A DNA stretch of 64,000 nucleotides from an uncultured Thiotrichaceae bacterium. Its GTDB lineage: Bacteria; Pseudomonadota; Gammaproteobacteria; SZUA-229. The notes below the pieces were generated by a model that had not been told where the DNA came from, made no database searches, and saw nothing but the letters and a program-made list of their open reading frames with translations. The stretch lies in contig CAZFUY010000002.1 of assembly GCA_964522445.1 (NCBI GenBank), forward strand, positions 299 through 64,298, read 5' to 3'. Shown one piece after another: positions 39,954 to 52,163 of the stretch. Numbering within the stretch: position 1 is the first letter of the stretch; each line of letters opens with the position of its first letter. The translations under genes and the position numbers were made by a program.

Positions 39954-40555
39954 AATGGCTGTTTTAAAAATTCACCTTCTATTAATTTATATTGCACTTG
40001 TGAAACTCGATCGAGCTGATCAGTATCATGCGTTACCCACAAAGCACAGGACATATTATTTTTTAAATAATCCACAATAATTTTTTCAAAGACACGTGTA
40101 TTATTTTTATCCAGATTAGCTGTGGGCTCATCCAGTAATAAAACAGAAGGCTTATTAATTAATAAACGAGCTAATGCGAGACGTTGTTTTTCACCACTGG
40201 ATATTCGACTAACAGACCAGGACATAACATCATCATTAAAACCTAACTGGTTTAAAATATTTTCATCCACAGATAAAAAATGCTCGCCGACACTATCAAA
40301 CCACCAGTGACTTTCTGCTGGTAATAGCGCAACTTTCTTACGCCATTCAGGCGCATCAAAATCAATGCAGGATCTATCATTAAGACGCACGCTGCCTGTA
40401 TGCTCATCCAGGTCTGCCAGCGCTCTTAATAATAATGTTTTTCCACAGCCTGACTCACCCGTTAACCCCATACACTGGCCTGCCAGAATACTAAAATCAA
40501 TCGGTCCAATTTTCTGGTATTGCAGTTGTCTTACATTTAATAAACCTACTGACAT
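39947..40555 (-). CDS. fetA: ABC transporter ATP-binding protein FetA (YbbL)
   Basis: Walker A GESGCGKT, signature SGEKQR, Walker B LLLDEPT. Confidence 0.8.
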   Translation of the reverse strand: MSVGLLNVRQLQYQKIGPIDFSILAGQCMGLTGESGCGKTLLLRALADLDEHTGSVRLNDRSCIDFDAPEWRKKVALLPAESHWWFDSVGEHFLSVDENILNQLGFNDDVMSWSVSRISSGEKQRLALARLLINKPSVLLLDEPTANLDKNNTRVFEKIIVDYLKNNMSCALWVTHDTDQLDRVSQVQYKLIEGEFLKQPLC

Positions 40556-40624
40556 TAATTCTTCTTAGAGTGTTTTCAGGATTTGTAACTATACTCATGC
40601 TAGCAAAACCATACAGGTATCTCC

Positions 40625-40978
40625 ATGAAATATTTTTTAATCCTTATTATTCTCTTTACACCTGCTGCCTTTTACGCCGAATCTCAACGCATTGATGTCT
40701 ATTCAGTTAATCAGGCTTATTGGGATGTACAGGCTGGAGAAACACTGTCTGAAATTATTAAAGAATTATTGCCTCACAATAGTAATAAACATGCGGTTTT
40801 AATGGATGAAATTATTCAGTTAAATCCTGATGCTTTTATAAATGGCGATGCAGATGCGATGAAAGCCAATGTGCGCCTCTACTTACCCGGTTATATGCAG
40901 GGGCTAAATAAGAAAGTAAATAAGGATAAGTATTCTATTAAAGAATTTAGCTGGGGTTATATTCAACAGGCTAAATAA
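40625..40978 (+). CDS. Small secreted protein with a FimV-type LysM-like motif
   Basis: Signal peptide, then [19 protein letters not shown] ... [23 protein letters not shown]. Compare the FimV N-terminal peptidoglycan-binding segment. Confidence 0.55.
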   Translation: MKYFLILIILFTPAAFYAESQRIDVYSVNQAYWDVQAGETLSEIIKELLPHNSNKHAVLMDEIIQLNPDAFINGDADAMKANVRLYLPGYMQGLNKKVNKDKYSIKEFSWGYIQQAK

Positions 40979-41642
40979 GCCCACGCTCCGCAAAAGACAC
41001 CACCTCGTCACCAATCACAAAATGATCCAGCACTCGCACATCAATTAATGACAACGCATCCTTTAATCGTTGAGTAATATGCTTATCTGCTGAGCTGGGT
41101 TCTGCAACACCCGAGGGGTGATTATGAGCAAAGATTAAAGCCGCTGCATTGTATTGCAATGCCTTTTTCACCACTTCTCTTGGGTAAACAGATGCACCAT
41201 CGATAGTGCCGGTAAACAGTTCTTCAAAACAAATAACCCGATGACGCTGATCCAGAAACAGGGCTGCAAAGACTTCATGGTGGTAATCACGCAATCTATT
41301 ACAGAGATACTGACGTGTTTCTTCAGGGCTGGATAAAACATCACCACGCTGCATTGCCTCAAACAAGTAACGCCGCGCCATTTCCAGCACCGCCTGTAAT
41401 TGCACATATTTGGCTGGCCCTAAACCTCGATGGCTACAGAACTGACTTTCTTCAGCCTTGAGTAATTCACGCAATCCACCAAAACCATCCAGCAACTGTC
41501 TGGCAAGATCAACCGCTGTAATGCCTTTGATGCCAGTGCGTAAAAATATTGCCAGCAATTCAGCATCAGATAATGCTTCACTGCCCTGTTCTATTAGTTT
41601 TTCTCTGGGGCGCTCTTCTGCTGGCCAGTCCGTGATTGCCAT
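40971..41642 (-). CDS. radC: RadC-family JAB-domain protein (UPF0758)
   Basis: [14 protein letters not shown] and the JAMM motif AHNHPSG. Confidence 0.9.
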   Translation of the reverse strand: MAITDWPAEERPREKLIEQGSEALSDAELLAIFLRTGIKGITAVDLARQLLDGFGGLRELLKAEESQFCSHRGLGPAKYVQLQAVLEMARRYLFEAMQRGDVLSSPEETRQYLCNRLRDYHHEVFAALFLDQRHRVICFEELFTGTIDGASVYPREVVKKALQYNAAALIFAHNHPSGVAEPSSADKHITQRLKDALSLIDVRVLDHFVIGDEVVSFAERGLI

Positions 41643-41766
41643 AATCTATCCCTGATTTTATAAATCGACCAGTGTAGGCACATAAAATCACCTAAACAAT
41701 CAGATAGACACATTAATCTCTGTAAGAAAAAGCTGATTCATAATTTATCTGATAAAATCCCCAGCA

Positions 41767-42987
41767 ATGAACAAATTATCCAATAAAAACATTTTACTCG
41801 GCATTACTGGCGGTATTGCAGCCTATAAAAGCGCAGATCTGGTCAGGCGTTTACAGGATGCTGGCGCTGATGTGCGTGTTGTTATGACAGAAGCGGCAAC
41901 CAAATTTATTACACCTCTAACCTTTCAGGCCTTATCTGGAAACCCGGTACACACCGATTTACTGGATACAGAAGCGGAAGCAGCCATGGGGCACATCGAA
42001 CTGGCTCGCTGGGCAGATGCCATTTTGATTGCACCCGCCACGGCCAATACTCTGGCAAAGTTAAGCTGGGGGCAGGCAGATGATCTTTTATCAACCTTAT
42101 GCATTGCCAGCCAGGCACCTCTGGCTGTAGCACCGGCAATGAATCATGTCATGTGGAATGACACGGCTACACAGGACAATATCAATTCACTTAAAAAACG
42201 CGACATACATATTTTTGGCCCAGATTCCGGCTATCAGGCCTGCGGCGAAACAGGTGAAGGCCGCATGCTGGATGTGGCCGATATTGTTGAACAGATGCAG
42301 CAGATATTTAGCAATGAATCATTGCATGGTTTAAATATCATGATTACTGCGGGGCCCACCTTTGAAGCCATAGATCCTGTACGCTTTATTGGTAACCGCA
42401 GTTCAGGGAAAATGGGATTTGCACTGGCAAAAGCAGCTCATAAAGCGGGTGCAAACGTAACGCTGGTGTGTGGCCCTGTAAAACTCACATCCATCGATGA
42501 TATTAAACGCATTGATATTGAATCAGCTCAGCAAATGCATAAAACTGTGATGGATAATATTGCTAATCAACAAATTTTTATCGCCACAGCAGCCGTCGCT
42601 GATTATCGACCTGTTGAAATGCAGCCACAAAAAATTAAAAAATCAGCAGAAAACCTGACCATTCATCTACAGCGTAATGCCGACATTTTAGCGGATGTTG
42701 CTGCACGAAAAGACGCGCCATTCACAGTAGGCTTTGCTGCTGAAACTCAGAATATCAAACAATACGCACGGCAGAAACTGGAAAATAAAAAACTTAATAT
42801 GATTGCCGCCAATCTGGTTGCAGCCAAACAAAGCAGCGGGGAAGACATTGGCTTCAACAGCGAATACAATGCACTGGATGTTTACTGGGCTGATGGTCAG
42901 GCCAAATTTGATAAAGCCAGAAAAACTGAAATAGCCCAGCAACTTATCGAATTAATCGCACAACAATACAACGACTCAACCAACTAA
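41767..42987 (+). CDS. coaBC: Bifunctional phosphopantothenoylcysteine decarboxylase / phosphopantothenate-cysteine ligase
   Basis: ILLGITGGIAAYK, PAMN, ITAGPT ... FIGNRSSGKMG. Confidence 0.95.
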   Translation: MNKLSNKNILLGITGGIAAYKSADLVRRLQDAGADVRVVMTEAATKFITPLTFQALSGNPVHTDLLDTEAEAAMGHIELARWADAILIAPATANTLAKLSWGQADDLLSTLCIASQAPLAVAPAMNHVMWNDTATQDNINSLKKRDIHIFGPDSGYQACGETGEGRMLDVADIVEQMQQIFSNESLHGLNIMITAGPTFEAIDPVRFIGNRSSGKMGFALAKAAHKAGANVTLVCGPVKLTSIDDIKRIDIESAQQMHKTVMDNIANQQIFIATAAVADYRPVEMQPQKIKKSAENLTIHLQRNADILADVAARKDAPFTVGFAAETQNIKQYARQKLENKKLNMIAANLVAAKQSSGEDIGFNSEYNALDVYWADGQAKFDKARKTEIAQQLIELIAQQYNDSTN

Positions 42988-42996
42988 AGAATAACA

Positions 42997-43452
42997 ATGA
43001 AAAAAATTCAATTAAAAATCCTCGATAAAAGAATTGGCAATGAAATCCCATTACCCGAACATGCCACTCAGGGTTCAGCCGGCATGGATTTACGCGCCTG
43101 CATTGATGAAACACTGGTTTTAAAACCGGGTGAAACAGAATTAATTCCCACCGGCATTGCAATACACATTGGCGACCCTGGTTTAGCCGCCACTATTTTA
43201 CCCCGTTCAGGCCTTGGTCATAAACATGGCATTGTACTGGGCAACCTGGTTGGGCTTATTGATTCTGACTATCAGGGACAACTTTTTGTTTCCTGCTGGA
43301 ATCGAGGTAAAAAAGAATTCACCATTGAAATAGGTGATCGCATTGCACAACTTGTATTTTTACCTGTCGTACAGGTCGACTTTGAAGAAGTTAATGAATT
43401 CGATGACAGTGAGCGTGGCGCAGGTGGTTTTGGCCACTCGGGTCATAAATAA
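42997..43452 (+). CDS. dut: dUTP diphosphatase
   Basis: [34 protein letters not shown]. Confidence 0.95.
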   Translation: MKKIQLKILDKRIGNEIPLPEHATQGSAGMDLRACIDETLVLKPGETELIPTGIAIHIGDPGLAATILPRSGLGHKHGIVLGNLVGLIDSDYQGQLFVSCWNRGKKEFTIEIGDRIAQLVFLPVVQVDFEEVNEFDDSERGAGGFGHSGHK

Positions 43453-43513
43453 ATATATTTATATTATTAATAATAAGCTACAGAAAATATAATTTTTTAA
43501 GAGACTAAAAAAC

Positions 43514-44890
43514 ATGAGCATCACTCCCAGCATTTTTAAAGCCTATGATATTCGCGGCATTGTTGAAACCGACTTGACACCTGACACAGTACAACTAATT
43601 GGTCAGGCATTCGCCTCTGCCTCTTTAGCAAAAAGCAGTAAAACGGTTGTCATTGCTCGTGATGGAAGATTATCCAGTCCTAAATTATCCATGGCACTGG
43701 CCAAAGGTTTGCAGGCAGGTGGCTGTGATGTTATCGATATTGGCATGGTTCCCACACCTGTTTTATATTTTGCCACGCATCACTTAAACACCGGCACGGG
43801 CATCATGGTAACCGGCAGCCATAACCCTCCTGAATACAACGGTCTTAAAATGTTAATGGCAGAAAAAACACTTTATGGTGAAGACATAACTAATTTACAT
43901 AAAGCCATAGAACAGAATGAACTAACTCAGGGCAATGGCAGCTACCGCACTGAAGATGTTTTAGATATTTATCTTGAGCGCATTGTAAGCGATGTAAAAC
44001 TTGCTAAACCTTTAAATATTGCTGTCGATTGCGGTAACGGCGTTGCCGGTGTTATTGCAACAAAATTATTTATAAAACTGGGCTGCAATGTTACTGAATT
44101 ATTTTGTGATGTGGATGGTAATTTCCCAAACCATCACCCTGACCCAAGCAAACTTGAAAACCTGCAGGACATCTGCCTGTCAATAAAAGAAAACAAACTG
44201 GACATGGGACTCGCTTTTGATGGTGACGGTGATCGTGTTGGTGTTATTGATAATAAACAAAATATTATCTGGCCTGATCGTCAGATGATTTTATATTCAG
44301 AAGATGTATTATCACGCAACCCTGGCGCACAAATAATTTACGACATTAAATCCAGCTACCATTTAGGTAAAGCCATCGAGAAAATGGGCGGCGAAGCTTT
44401 AATGTGGAAAACGGGTCACTCATTAATCAAAGCAAAAATGAAAGAAACGGGTGCATTATTAGCGGGCGAAATGTCTGGACATATTTTCTTTAAAGAACGC
44501 TGGTATGGTTTTGATGATGGTTTATACAGCGCAGCACGCATGCTAGAAATTCTCAGTAAAAAAGATGGCACGGTTGAAGAAATATTCTCAGAATTACCCG
44601 ATAGCTTTAATACGCCTGAAATAAATATAAGCTTTGCAGAAGGTGAGCACTATACCTTTATGGATAACTTCAAAAAAGACAGCGACTTTAGTGATGCTGT
44701 AGATATTTCTACCATTGATGGCATGCGCATTACCTGGGATAAAGGCTGGGGCTTAATTCGCCCATCCAATACAACACCCTGCCTTGTATTGCGTTTTGAA
44801 GCAGACAATGAAAATACATTAAATGAAATTCAAACTAAATTTCGAGAACAAATACTAAAAGTAGATAGCAGTGTAAACGTACCTTTTTAG
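43514..44890 (+). CDS. algC: Phosphomannomutase/phosphoglucomutase
   Basis: Active site TGSHNPPEYNG, metal loop FDGDGDR, GEMSGH. Confidence 0.9.
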   Translation: MSITPSIFKAYDIRGIVETDLTPDTVQLIGQAFASASLAKSSKTVVIARDGRLSSPKLSMALAKGLQAGGCDVIDIGMVPTPVLYFATHHLNTGTGIMVTGSHNPPEYNGLKMLMAEKTLYGEDITNLHKAIEQNELTQGNGSYRTEDVLDIYLERIVSDVKLAKPLNIAVDCGNGVAGVIATKLFIKLGCNVTELFCDVDGNFPNHHPDPSKLENLQDICLSIKENKLDMGLAFDGDGDRVGVIDNKQNIIWPDRQMILYSEDVLSRNPGAQIIYDIKSSYHLGKAIEKMGGEALMWKTGHSLIKAKMKETGALLAGEMSGHIFFKERWYGFDDGLYSAARMLEILSKKDGTVEEIFSELPDSFNTPEINISFAEGEHYTFMDNFKKDSDFSDAVDISTIDGMRITWDKGWGLIRPSNTTPCLVLRFEADNENTLNEIQTKFREQILKVDSSVNVPF

Positions 44891-44905
44891 TTCAGTGTAT
44901 CTTAA

Positions 44906-45856
<951 letters not shown>

Positions 45857-45871
45857 TCTTCAATATTTTAT

Positions 45872-45898
45872 ATTCCCTCTCCCTATGGAAGAGGGAAT
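45872..45898 (+). terminator. Hairpin downstream of argB (weak U-tract)
   Basis: ATTCCCTCT-N9-AGAGGGAAT, followed only by TC. Confidence 0.3.
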
Positions 45899-46012
45899 TC
45901 TAGCATTGACTTTGTTTGAAATTAAAGTAAACCACCTTCAAGATTCTAATTTTAATTACTGTACTTTTTAAACATCACTAACTATTAGTACATACCTGAA
46001 TTAATACAAAAA

Positions 46013-46648
46013 CTATTTTTTATTTCTCATAGCTTTTAATTCATGAAAGCGCTTAATATCTTTAGCAAATTTTTCTCTGATCTGTTCGCGCTCTTTTGTT
46101 TTGTCTTCAACATACGCATAATAGGTTTCCAGCTGTCGGCTGACTGAAACGACCTGTTTGCGTAGATTATCAGGCACTGCTCTTCCTGATTTTTCTATAC
46201 TGCTAACACGCTCTTTTATTTCTTTTAATTTTTTTTCCTGATCTTTAATATTGGATTCCGTTAATTGCAACTGAGAATTAACTGCCCCTATGCGGTCATC
46301 ACGTGCAATAAGCAAATCACGATCCGTTGTAAAGGTATCAAGCAACATTCTATCGTGTAACGCTATTTTTTTATCTGCAATCATTTTTTCTTTGTCTTTA
46401 ATCGCTTTTTCCCTGTTAGCCTGATTTTCCCTGTCAATATCTTCTTTACTTCTTTTAGCTGTAATATTTCTAACAACAACACCCTGCTCACTTAATATTG
46501 AACGATTCTTTTTAAGATACTGCGCAGGCACACGATCACCGTAATGAACCTGGCCATTTTCATCCACCCATTTATTCAATGCCGCCTGTGCTGGCAGCAT
46601 AAACACTGAGACTATTACAAAGCCAATAATATTAATGGCTACTTTCAT
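46013..46648 (-). CDS. DUF4124-domain protein with a coiled-coil tail
   Basis: Signal peptide, then KWVDENGQVHYGDRVP, then a K/E-rich region. Confidence 0.6.
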   Translation of the reverse strand: MKVAINIIGFVIVSVFMLPAQAALNKWVDENGQVHYGDRVPAQYLKKNRSILSEQGVVVRNITAKRSKEDIDRENQANREKAIKDKEKMIADKKIALHDRMLLDTFTTDRDLLIARDDRIGAVNSQLQLTESNIKDQEKKLKEIKERVSSIEKSGRAVPDNLRKQVVSVSRQLETYYAYVEDKTKEREQIREKFAKDIKRFHELKAMRNKK

Positions 46649-46814
46649 TTTTAACTCCCGCTATATATCAATCTAACCACCTGAGTATATACAGTATTTT
46701 ATGATTTTGCTTAAGCCTCACAATTCATTGTATTTCAGGAATAGCAGGTTATCTGGCATCATAGTTATGGCAAAATACTGGTTTTAAAATCAACTCAGAT
46801 TTACTTTACCCTGT

Positions 46815-47561
46815 ATGGATCAATTTCTACTTTTTATTATCTCTCTTATTGCCAATATATTTTCGGCTCTGGCGGGTGGTGGCGCAGGCCTAATTCAATT
46901 ACCTGCCATTATTTTTCTTGGCCTGCCTTTTGGTACTGCACTGGCAACACATAAAGTAGCAAGCATTGCATTGGGCGTAGGCGCAACATTACGCCACTTA
47001 AGAACCAGCCAGCTGGAGCGAAATTTTGCTCTATTTATCCTGGCCTGTGGATTACCGGGTGTCATTATTGGTGCAAATATAATTTTGCATGTACCAGACC
47101 GAACTGCCCAACTAGCACTGGGCATATTAACCATGGGCCTGGGTATTTATTCATGGCTATCCCCTGGACTGGGGCAGCAATACAAAGCCAGACACAGAAA
47201 TATATCCGGCTATCTTCTGGGCGGTCTGGTACTCTTTATTATTGGCGGATTAAACGGTTCTTTAACTTCTGGCACAGGGCTTTTTGTTACCCTCTGGTTA
47301 GTACGCTGGTTTGGTCTGGATTATAAATCTGCCGTGACCTACACACTGATTCTTGTAGGCCTGTTCTGGAATGCTACGGGTGCTGTCACATTAGGTTTTT
47401 TAACTGAGATTCACTGGTTATGGTTACCCGCTTTGCTATTAGGTTCATTTCTTGGCGGCTACATTGGCGCGCATTTGGCCATAGTAAAAGGCAATCTGGT
47501 GATTAAACGCAGTTACGAAATAATTACTTTTGCTGTTGGGCTGAAACTACTTATTGGCTAA
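46815..47561 (+). CDS. TauE/SafE (DUF81) family anion exporter
   Basis: Eight TM helices with internal duplication and Gly-rich GGGAGL and [12 protein letters not shown] segments. Confidence 0.8.
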   Translation: MDQFLLFIISLIANIFSALAGGGAGLIQLPAIIFLGLPFGTALATHKVASIALGVGATLRHLRTSQLERNFALFILACGLPGVIIGANIILHVPDRTAQLALGILTMGLGIYSWLSPGLGQQYKARHRNISGYLLGGLVLFIIGGLNGSLTSGTGLFVTLWLVRWFGLDYKSAVTYTLILVGLFWNATGAVTLGFLTEIHWLWLPALLLGSFLGGYIGAHLAIVKGNLVIKRSYEIITFAVGLKLLIG

Positions 47562-48198
47562 TACCAAATTCAGCACGATAAAATTTCATTGCATCCAACA
47601 TTTCTTCCTGATCACCTTTTTCCTGCAAAAATTGAATCAGGTGCTCCATGCCAATAATGCTTTTAACATCTATGCCATATTCTTCCTGCACTTCCTGTAT
47701 AGCTGATTGATCTGCCTTGCCTTTCTCCTGTCGATCCAGCGCAACCAGCACGCCCACCGCCGTTGCATCCATAGAATCAATAATATCTATGGCTTCACGT
47801 ATTGCCGTACCGGCTGTAATAACATCATCCAGAATCAGCACTCGACCTTCTAATGGAGCACCCACAATCATGCCACCTTCACCATGGTCTTTCTTTTCCT
47901 TGCGATTAAACACATAGGGCATATCAATACCATGCTCCTGAGCAAGCGCCATTGCCGTTACTGCAACCAGTGGTATACCTTTGTATGCAGGGCCAAACAA
48001 TACATCATAACTAATACCACTATCCATAACCGCCTGCGCATAACAGCGACCCAACTCTGCCAGCGCACGACCTGTATTAAATAATCCTGCATTAAAAAAA
48101 TACGGGCTTACTCGACCCGATTTCAATTTAAATTCACCAAATTTTAAAACATCATATTCAAGTGATAATTCAATAAATCTGTGCTGGTTGTAGTGCAT
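47551..48198 (-). CDS. pyrE: Orotate phosphoribosyltransferase
   Basis: [17 protein letters not shown] and [13 protein letters not shown]. The start MHYNQHRF at 48198 is preferred, because the track's 40-codon extension overlaps the xthA start region. Confidence 0.9.
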   Translation of the reverse strand: MHYNQHRFIELSLEYDVLKFGEFKLKSGRVSPYFFNAGLFNTGRALAELGRCYAQAVMDSGISYDVLFGPAYKGIPLVAVTAMALAQEHGIDMPYVFNRKEKKDHGEGGMIVGAPLEGRVLILDDVITAGTAIREAIDIIDSMDATAVGVLVALDRQEKGKADQSAIQEVQEEYGIDVKSIIGMEHLIQFLQEKGDQEEMLDAMKFYRAEFGISQ

Positions 48199-48268
48199 AA
48201 CGTCGCCTGTATTAATTTTAATGTTGTAGAATAGCCAATCTTTATAATTATAAGCGCTATTTTTATTT

Positions 48269-49042
48269 ATGCGAATTATTACGATTAATACTAATGGCAT
48301 TCGGGCTGCAGCACGCAAGGGTTTTTTTAACTGGCTAAAAAAACAAAAAGCAGATGTGGTCTGTATTCAGGAAACCAAAGCACAGGAGCATCAGCTAACA
48401 GATGATATTTTTCACCCTGAGGGTTATCACTGTTACTTTCACGATGCTGTAAAAAAAGGCTATAGTGGTGTCGCTATCTACTCAAAAAAAGAGCCAAAGA
48501 AAATTATTAAAGGCATAGGCTGGCATGATGTGGATATAGAAGGCCGCTACATCGAGGTGCAGTTTGAGAAGATCAGCATTATCTCTTTATATATGCATTC
48601 AGGCTCATCCAGTGAAGAACGACTGGCGATAAAATTAGATTTTCTGGATCGCTTTATGCCATACCTGCAAAAATTACGTCGCAAGCGTCGTGAATTTATT
48701 ATTTGCGGTGACTGGAATGTCGCACATAAAAAAATTGATATTAAAAACTGGAGCAGCAATCAGAAAAACTCTGGTTTTCTACCCGAAGAGCGCGCATGGA
48801 TGGATCACATGTTTGATGAAGAAGGTTATGTTGATGCATTTCGCGTGGTTGATTTAAATGCACATCAATACACATGGTGGTCCAATAGAGGCCAGGCATG
48901 GGCCAACAATACCGGCTGGCGCATTGATTACCAGATTATTACACCTAAACTTAAAGACACTGTAAAGAAAGCCAGTATTTATAAAGATGAACGCTTTTCT
49001 GATCATGCACCACTGGTTATTGATTACGATTATGATTTATAA
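48269..49042 (+). CDS. xthA: Exodeoxyribonuclease III
   Basis: [30 protein letters not shown]. Confidence 0.9.
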   Translation: MRIITINTNGIRAAARKGFFNWLKKQKADVVCIQETKAQEHQLTDDIFHPEGYHCYFHDAVKKGYSGVAIYSKKEPKKIIKGIGWHDVDIEGRYIEVQFEKISIISLYMHSGSSSEERLAIKLDFLDRFMPYLQKLRRKRREFIICGDWNVAHKKIDIKNWSSNQKNSGFLPEERAWMDHMFDEEGYVDAFRVVDLNAHQYTWWSNRGQAWANNTGWRIDYQIITPKLKDTVKKASIYKDERFSDHAPLVIDYDYDL

Positions 49043-49111
49043 CTGACGGTAAACAACTAAGGATACTCTGATCAAGTCTGATTATCCCTAATATTATTTA
49101 GACCCTCTTTT

Positions 49112-49134
49112 TCGCGGCTAAAGCCGCTCCTACA
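49112..49134. repeat. Single REP-like unit (TCGCGGCTAAAGCCGCTCCTACA)
   Basis: The same 23-bp unit forms the doublets at 55342-55409 and 56454-56521. Confidence 0.75.
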
Positions 49135-49148
49135 TATAACTAAATAAC

Positions 49149-50504
49149 ATGACATCACCTAATAATAATTTTCATAAACACAGCTGGCACGAAGCACTTA
49201 CCGTTTATGCAAAACCACGTATCCTTGGCATGTTTTTTCTGGGCTTCTCAGCAGGCCTGCCCTTTTTATTAGTTTTCTCTACTCTGTCTGCCTGGTTAAG
49301 TGATTCTAATGTTAGTCGAACCACTATCGGCTTCTTTAGCTGGATCGGCATTATGTATTCAATTAAAATATTTTGGGCACCCATAGTTGATCGTATTCCC
49401 TTACCTTTTATTAGTAAATTATTAGGCCAGCGCAGAAGCTGGCTTATTGTTGCACAATCAGGCATTGCATCAGGACTACTATTACTTGCCTACACAACAC
49501 CAGATCAAAATCTTCAGCAATTTGCATTTTTTGCACTTCTCGTTGCTTTCTCTTCAGCTACTCAGGATATTGTTATTGATGCCTATCGCATAGAGGCTGT
49601 AGATGAAGAATATCAGGCGGCTATGGCCGCTACTTATGTACTGGGTTATCGAATTGCAACACTGGCAGCCGGCGCAGGCGCTTTATACATTGCCGATTTT
49701 ATTAACTGGCAAGTTGCCTACTTAAGCATGGCAGCACTTACCGGCATAGGTATAGTAACAACTTTAATTATCAAAGAGCCTGAACATCAAATAAAAACCG
49801 AGACACTGGCCTATGAAGAACAGCTAATTAATAAAATTGAACACACTGTCCATGCAAAAGGCACTTTACAAAAAATTACAGAATGGTTTGCCTCTGCCGT
49901 TATTAGTCCTTTTGCTGAGTTTTTCAGACGCACAGGAAAATATGCCCTGTTAATTTTATTACTTATTGGCACTTACAGAATTACTGACATTACTATGGCT
50001 GTTATGGCCAACCCTTTTTATCTTGATCTGGGTTTTACTAAATCAGAAATTGCCAGTATTACAAAGTTATTTGGATTTTTTCTGACTATGGCAGGCGTTG
50101 CAATCGGCGGCATTATGGTAATGCGATTTAATATCATGCGACCATTACTTCTAGGCGCACTATTAGTTATTGCAAGTAATTTACTGTTTGCCCTGCTCTC
50201 TGTCATTGGGCCAGAAATAACCATGCTTGCTCTGGTCATTAGCGCAGATAGTTTAGCTGGCGGCATAGCAACGGCTATTTTTATTGCTTATTTATCCAGC
50301 CTGACTAACAAAGCCTATACCGCGACACAATATGCGCTATTCAGTTCGATAATGACTTTATTTCCAAAAATAATTGCAGGATTCTCAGGCATTATTGTTG
50401 ATGCTTATGGCTATTTCACATTTTATATTTATTCTTCATTACTGGGCATACCTGCAATATTTATTATTATTTATTTAATCAGGAATGATAAAGAAGTTAA
50501 TTAA
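49149..50504 (+). CDS. ampG: AmpG-family muropeptide MFS permease
   Basis: FLGFSAGLPFLLVFSTLSAWL, RRSWL, and about 12-14 TM helices. Confidence 0.85.
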   Translation: MTSPNNNFHKHSWHEALTVYAKPRILGMFFLGFSAGLPFLLVFSTLSAWLSDSNVSRTTIGFFSWIGIMYSIKIFWAPIVDRIPLPFISKLLGQRRSWLIVAQSGIASGLLLLAYTTPDQNLQQFAFFALLVAFSSATQDIVIDAYRIEAVDEEYQAAMAATYVLGYRIATLAAGAGALYIADFINWQVAYLSMAALTGIGIVTTLIIKEPEHQIKTETLAYEEQLINKIEHTVHAKGTLQKITEWFASAVISPFAEFFRRTGKYALLILLLIGTYRITDITMAVMANPFYLDLGFTKSEIASITKLFGFFLTMAGVAIGGIMVMRFNIMRPLLLGALLVIASNLLFALLSVIGPEITMLALVISADSLAGGIATAIFIAYLSSLTNKAYTATQYALFSSIMTLFPKIIAGFSGIIVDAYGYFTFYIYSSLLGIPAIFIIIYLIRNDKEVN

Positions 50505-50940
50505 CTAATATCACTACCTGCCCAGATCCTGAAAATTTATATTCAGGCTCAATTAAATTTCTTGCCGAACGACTATTTTTATACACCCGGCCTGCTAGAT
50601 CATATTTAATATCAACACACACTGATTTAAAATAATTATTAATAAACTCAACAGCACAACCAAAAACCGGGTCATATGCATAGGCAATAAAATATTCTGA
50701 ATTTTGATGAGGCAATTGATTTAACATAGCTTCTGTTCGTCGTAGCACCAGTAGTTTTTTATTTATTACCTCAAAATAATTAACTTCGCCTTTACTGATT
50801 TTTGATATATCAATATAAATAATGCTTTCATCTTTATCAGCACCAATAAAGCCTGCAAACAATATATAAATAACAAACCCCAGCCCGGCCAGGCTCATTA
50901 ATTTAAATACTACTCGTAATAATAATTTTTTATCTTTCAT
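50497..50940 (-). CDS. Membrane-anchored hypothetical protein with a Rieske-fold-like pattern but no cluster ligands
   Basis: N-terminal TM helix. KKLLVLRRTE, FGCAVEF, SVCVDIKYDLAGRV and NLIEPEYKF align by eye to PetA-type Rieske motifs with CxH replaced. Confidence 0.4.
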   Translation of the reverse strand: MKDKKLLLRVVFKLMSLAGLGFVIYILFAGFIGADKDESIIYIDISKISKGEVNYFEVINKKLLVLRRTEAMLNQLPHQNSEYFIAYAYDPVFGCAVEFINNYFKSVCVDIKYDLAGRVYKNSRSARNLIEPEYKFSGSGQVVILVN

Positions 50941-50961
50941 AACAACTGATAATATATAAAC

Positions 50962-52116
50962 ATGCCCGAGATGAAAACACTTCCACCACTATCATTGTAT
51001 ATCCACATCCCCTGGTGCATTCAAAAATGCCCTTATTGTGATTTTAATTCCCACACCCAAAAAGACGATTTACCTGAACAACAATACATTAATGCCCTAC
51101 TGGAAGATCTGGAGCAACACCTGCCCATAATCTGGGGTCGCCGAGTTATTTCTATTTTTATTGGTGGTGGTACACCCAGTTTATTTTCACCCACCGCGCT
51201 GAATCAGCTACTCAGTGGCATCAGAGCACGTATACAGTGTATCAGCAATCTTGAAATAACCATGGAAGCCAACCCCGGCACTTTCGAACAAAATAAATTT
51301 AATGAGTTTTATGATATCGGCATCAACAGGTTGTCTATTGGCATACAAAGTTTTGACAATGAAAAACTAAAATTACTTGGCCGCATTCATAATAGTAATG
51401 AAGCTATAGCTGCAATTGAAACTGCTAAATCAGCAGGTTTCAGAAATATTAATCTGGATTTAATGTTTGGTTTACCCAGTCAAAATATCCAGCAGGGCAT
51501 TAATGACTTACAAATGGCTATTGATTTAAAACCCACTCATATTTCCTGGTATCAGTTAACCATTGAGCCTAATACTTTCTTTTATTCACAACCACCCGTG
51601 GTTGCAGATGACGATACCATCTGCGACCTGCAACAACAGGGGCAAACATTATTAGCAGAAAATGGATTTAATCAATATGAAATTTCTGCCTACGCAAAAG
51701 ATAATAAACAGTGCCAGCATAATCTTAACTACTGGCAATTTGGTGATTATCTGGGCATAGGTGCGGGCGCTCATGGAAAAATAACGCGATGTGACAATCA
51801 AAGCATTACTCGCTACTGGAAGTTAAAGCAACCACAGGCATATATGAATGCAGTAGCTGAAGAAAAAATTTCTGGCTCTCAGCCATTACAAACTCAGGAT
51901 CGAATATTTGAATTCATGCTGAATGCATTAAGATTAAGACAGGGATTTGATCTGGCAACATTTGAATTACATACAGGATTATCAAAAGAGAGTATTTTGC
52001 CTGCCTGCCAGCAGGCCATCGACAAAGGGCTACTCAAACAGTCTAATCAGCATCTTGAGGCAACAGACTTAGGTTACCGATTTTTAAATGATCTTATTAA
52101 TTTATTTGCTGAGTAA
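50962..52116 (+). CDS. hemW: Radical SAM heme chaperone HemW (YggW)
   Basis: LYIHIPWCIQKCPYCDF, GGGTPS, HemN_C-like tail. Confidence 0.9.
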   Translation: MPEMKTLPPLSLYIHIPWCIQKCPYCDFNSHTQKDDLPEQQYINALLEDLEQHLPIIWGRRVISIFIGGGTPSLFSPTALNQLLSGIRARIQCISNLEITMEANPGTFEQNKFNEFYDIGINRLSIGIQSFDNEKLKLLGRIHNSNEAIAAIETAKSAGFRNINLDLMFGLPSQNIQQGINDLQMAIDLKPTHISWYQLTIEPNTFFYSQPPVVADDDTICDLQQQGQTLLAENGFNQYEISAYAKDNKQCQHNLNYWQFGDYLGIGAGAHGKITRCDNQSITRYWKLKQPQAYMNAVAEEKISGSQPLQTQDRIFEFMLNALRLRQGFDLATFELHTGLSKESILPACQQAIDKGLLKQSNQHLEATDLGYRFLNDLINLFAE

Positions 52117-52163
52117 TGGTTGGGTTATATTTATTCATGCCTTCTAAGGCAGATAATATCCTT

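Noticed and set aside
48199-48318. 40-codon N-terminal extension of pyrE
   Set aside because: It overlaps the divergent xthA start. The PRTase homology begins at MHYNQHRF. The extensions of the nuclease ORF (53114-53230, overlapping rpmE) and the methyltransferase (9633-9719, overlapping trkH) were trimmed for similar reasons.
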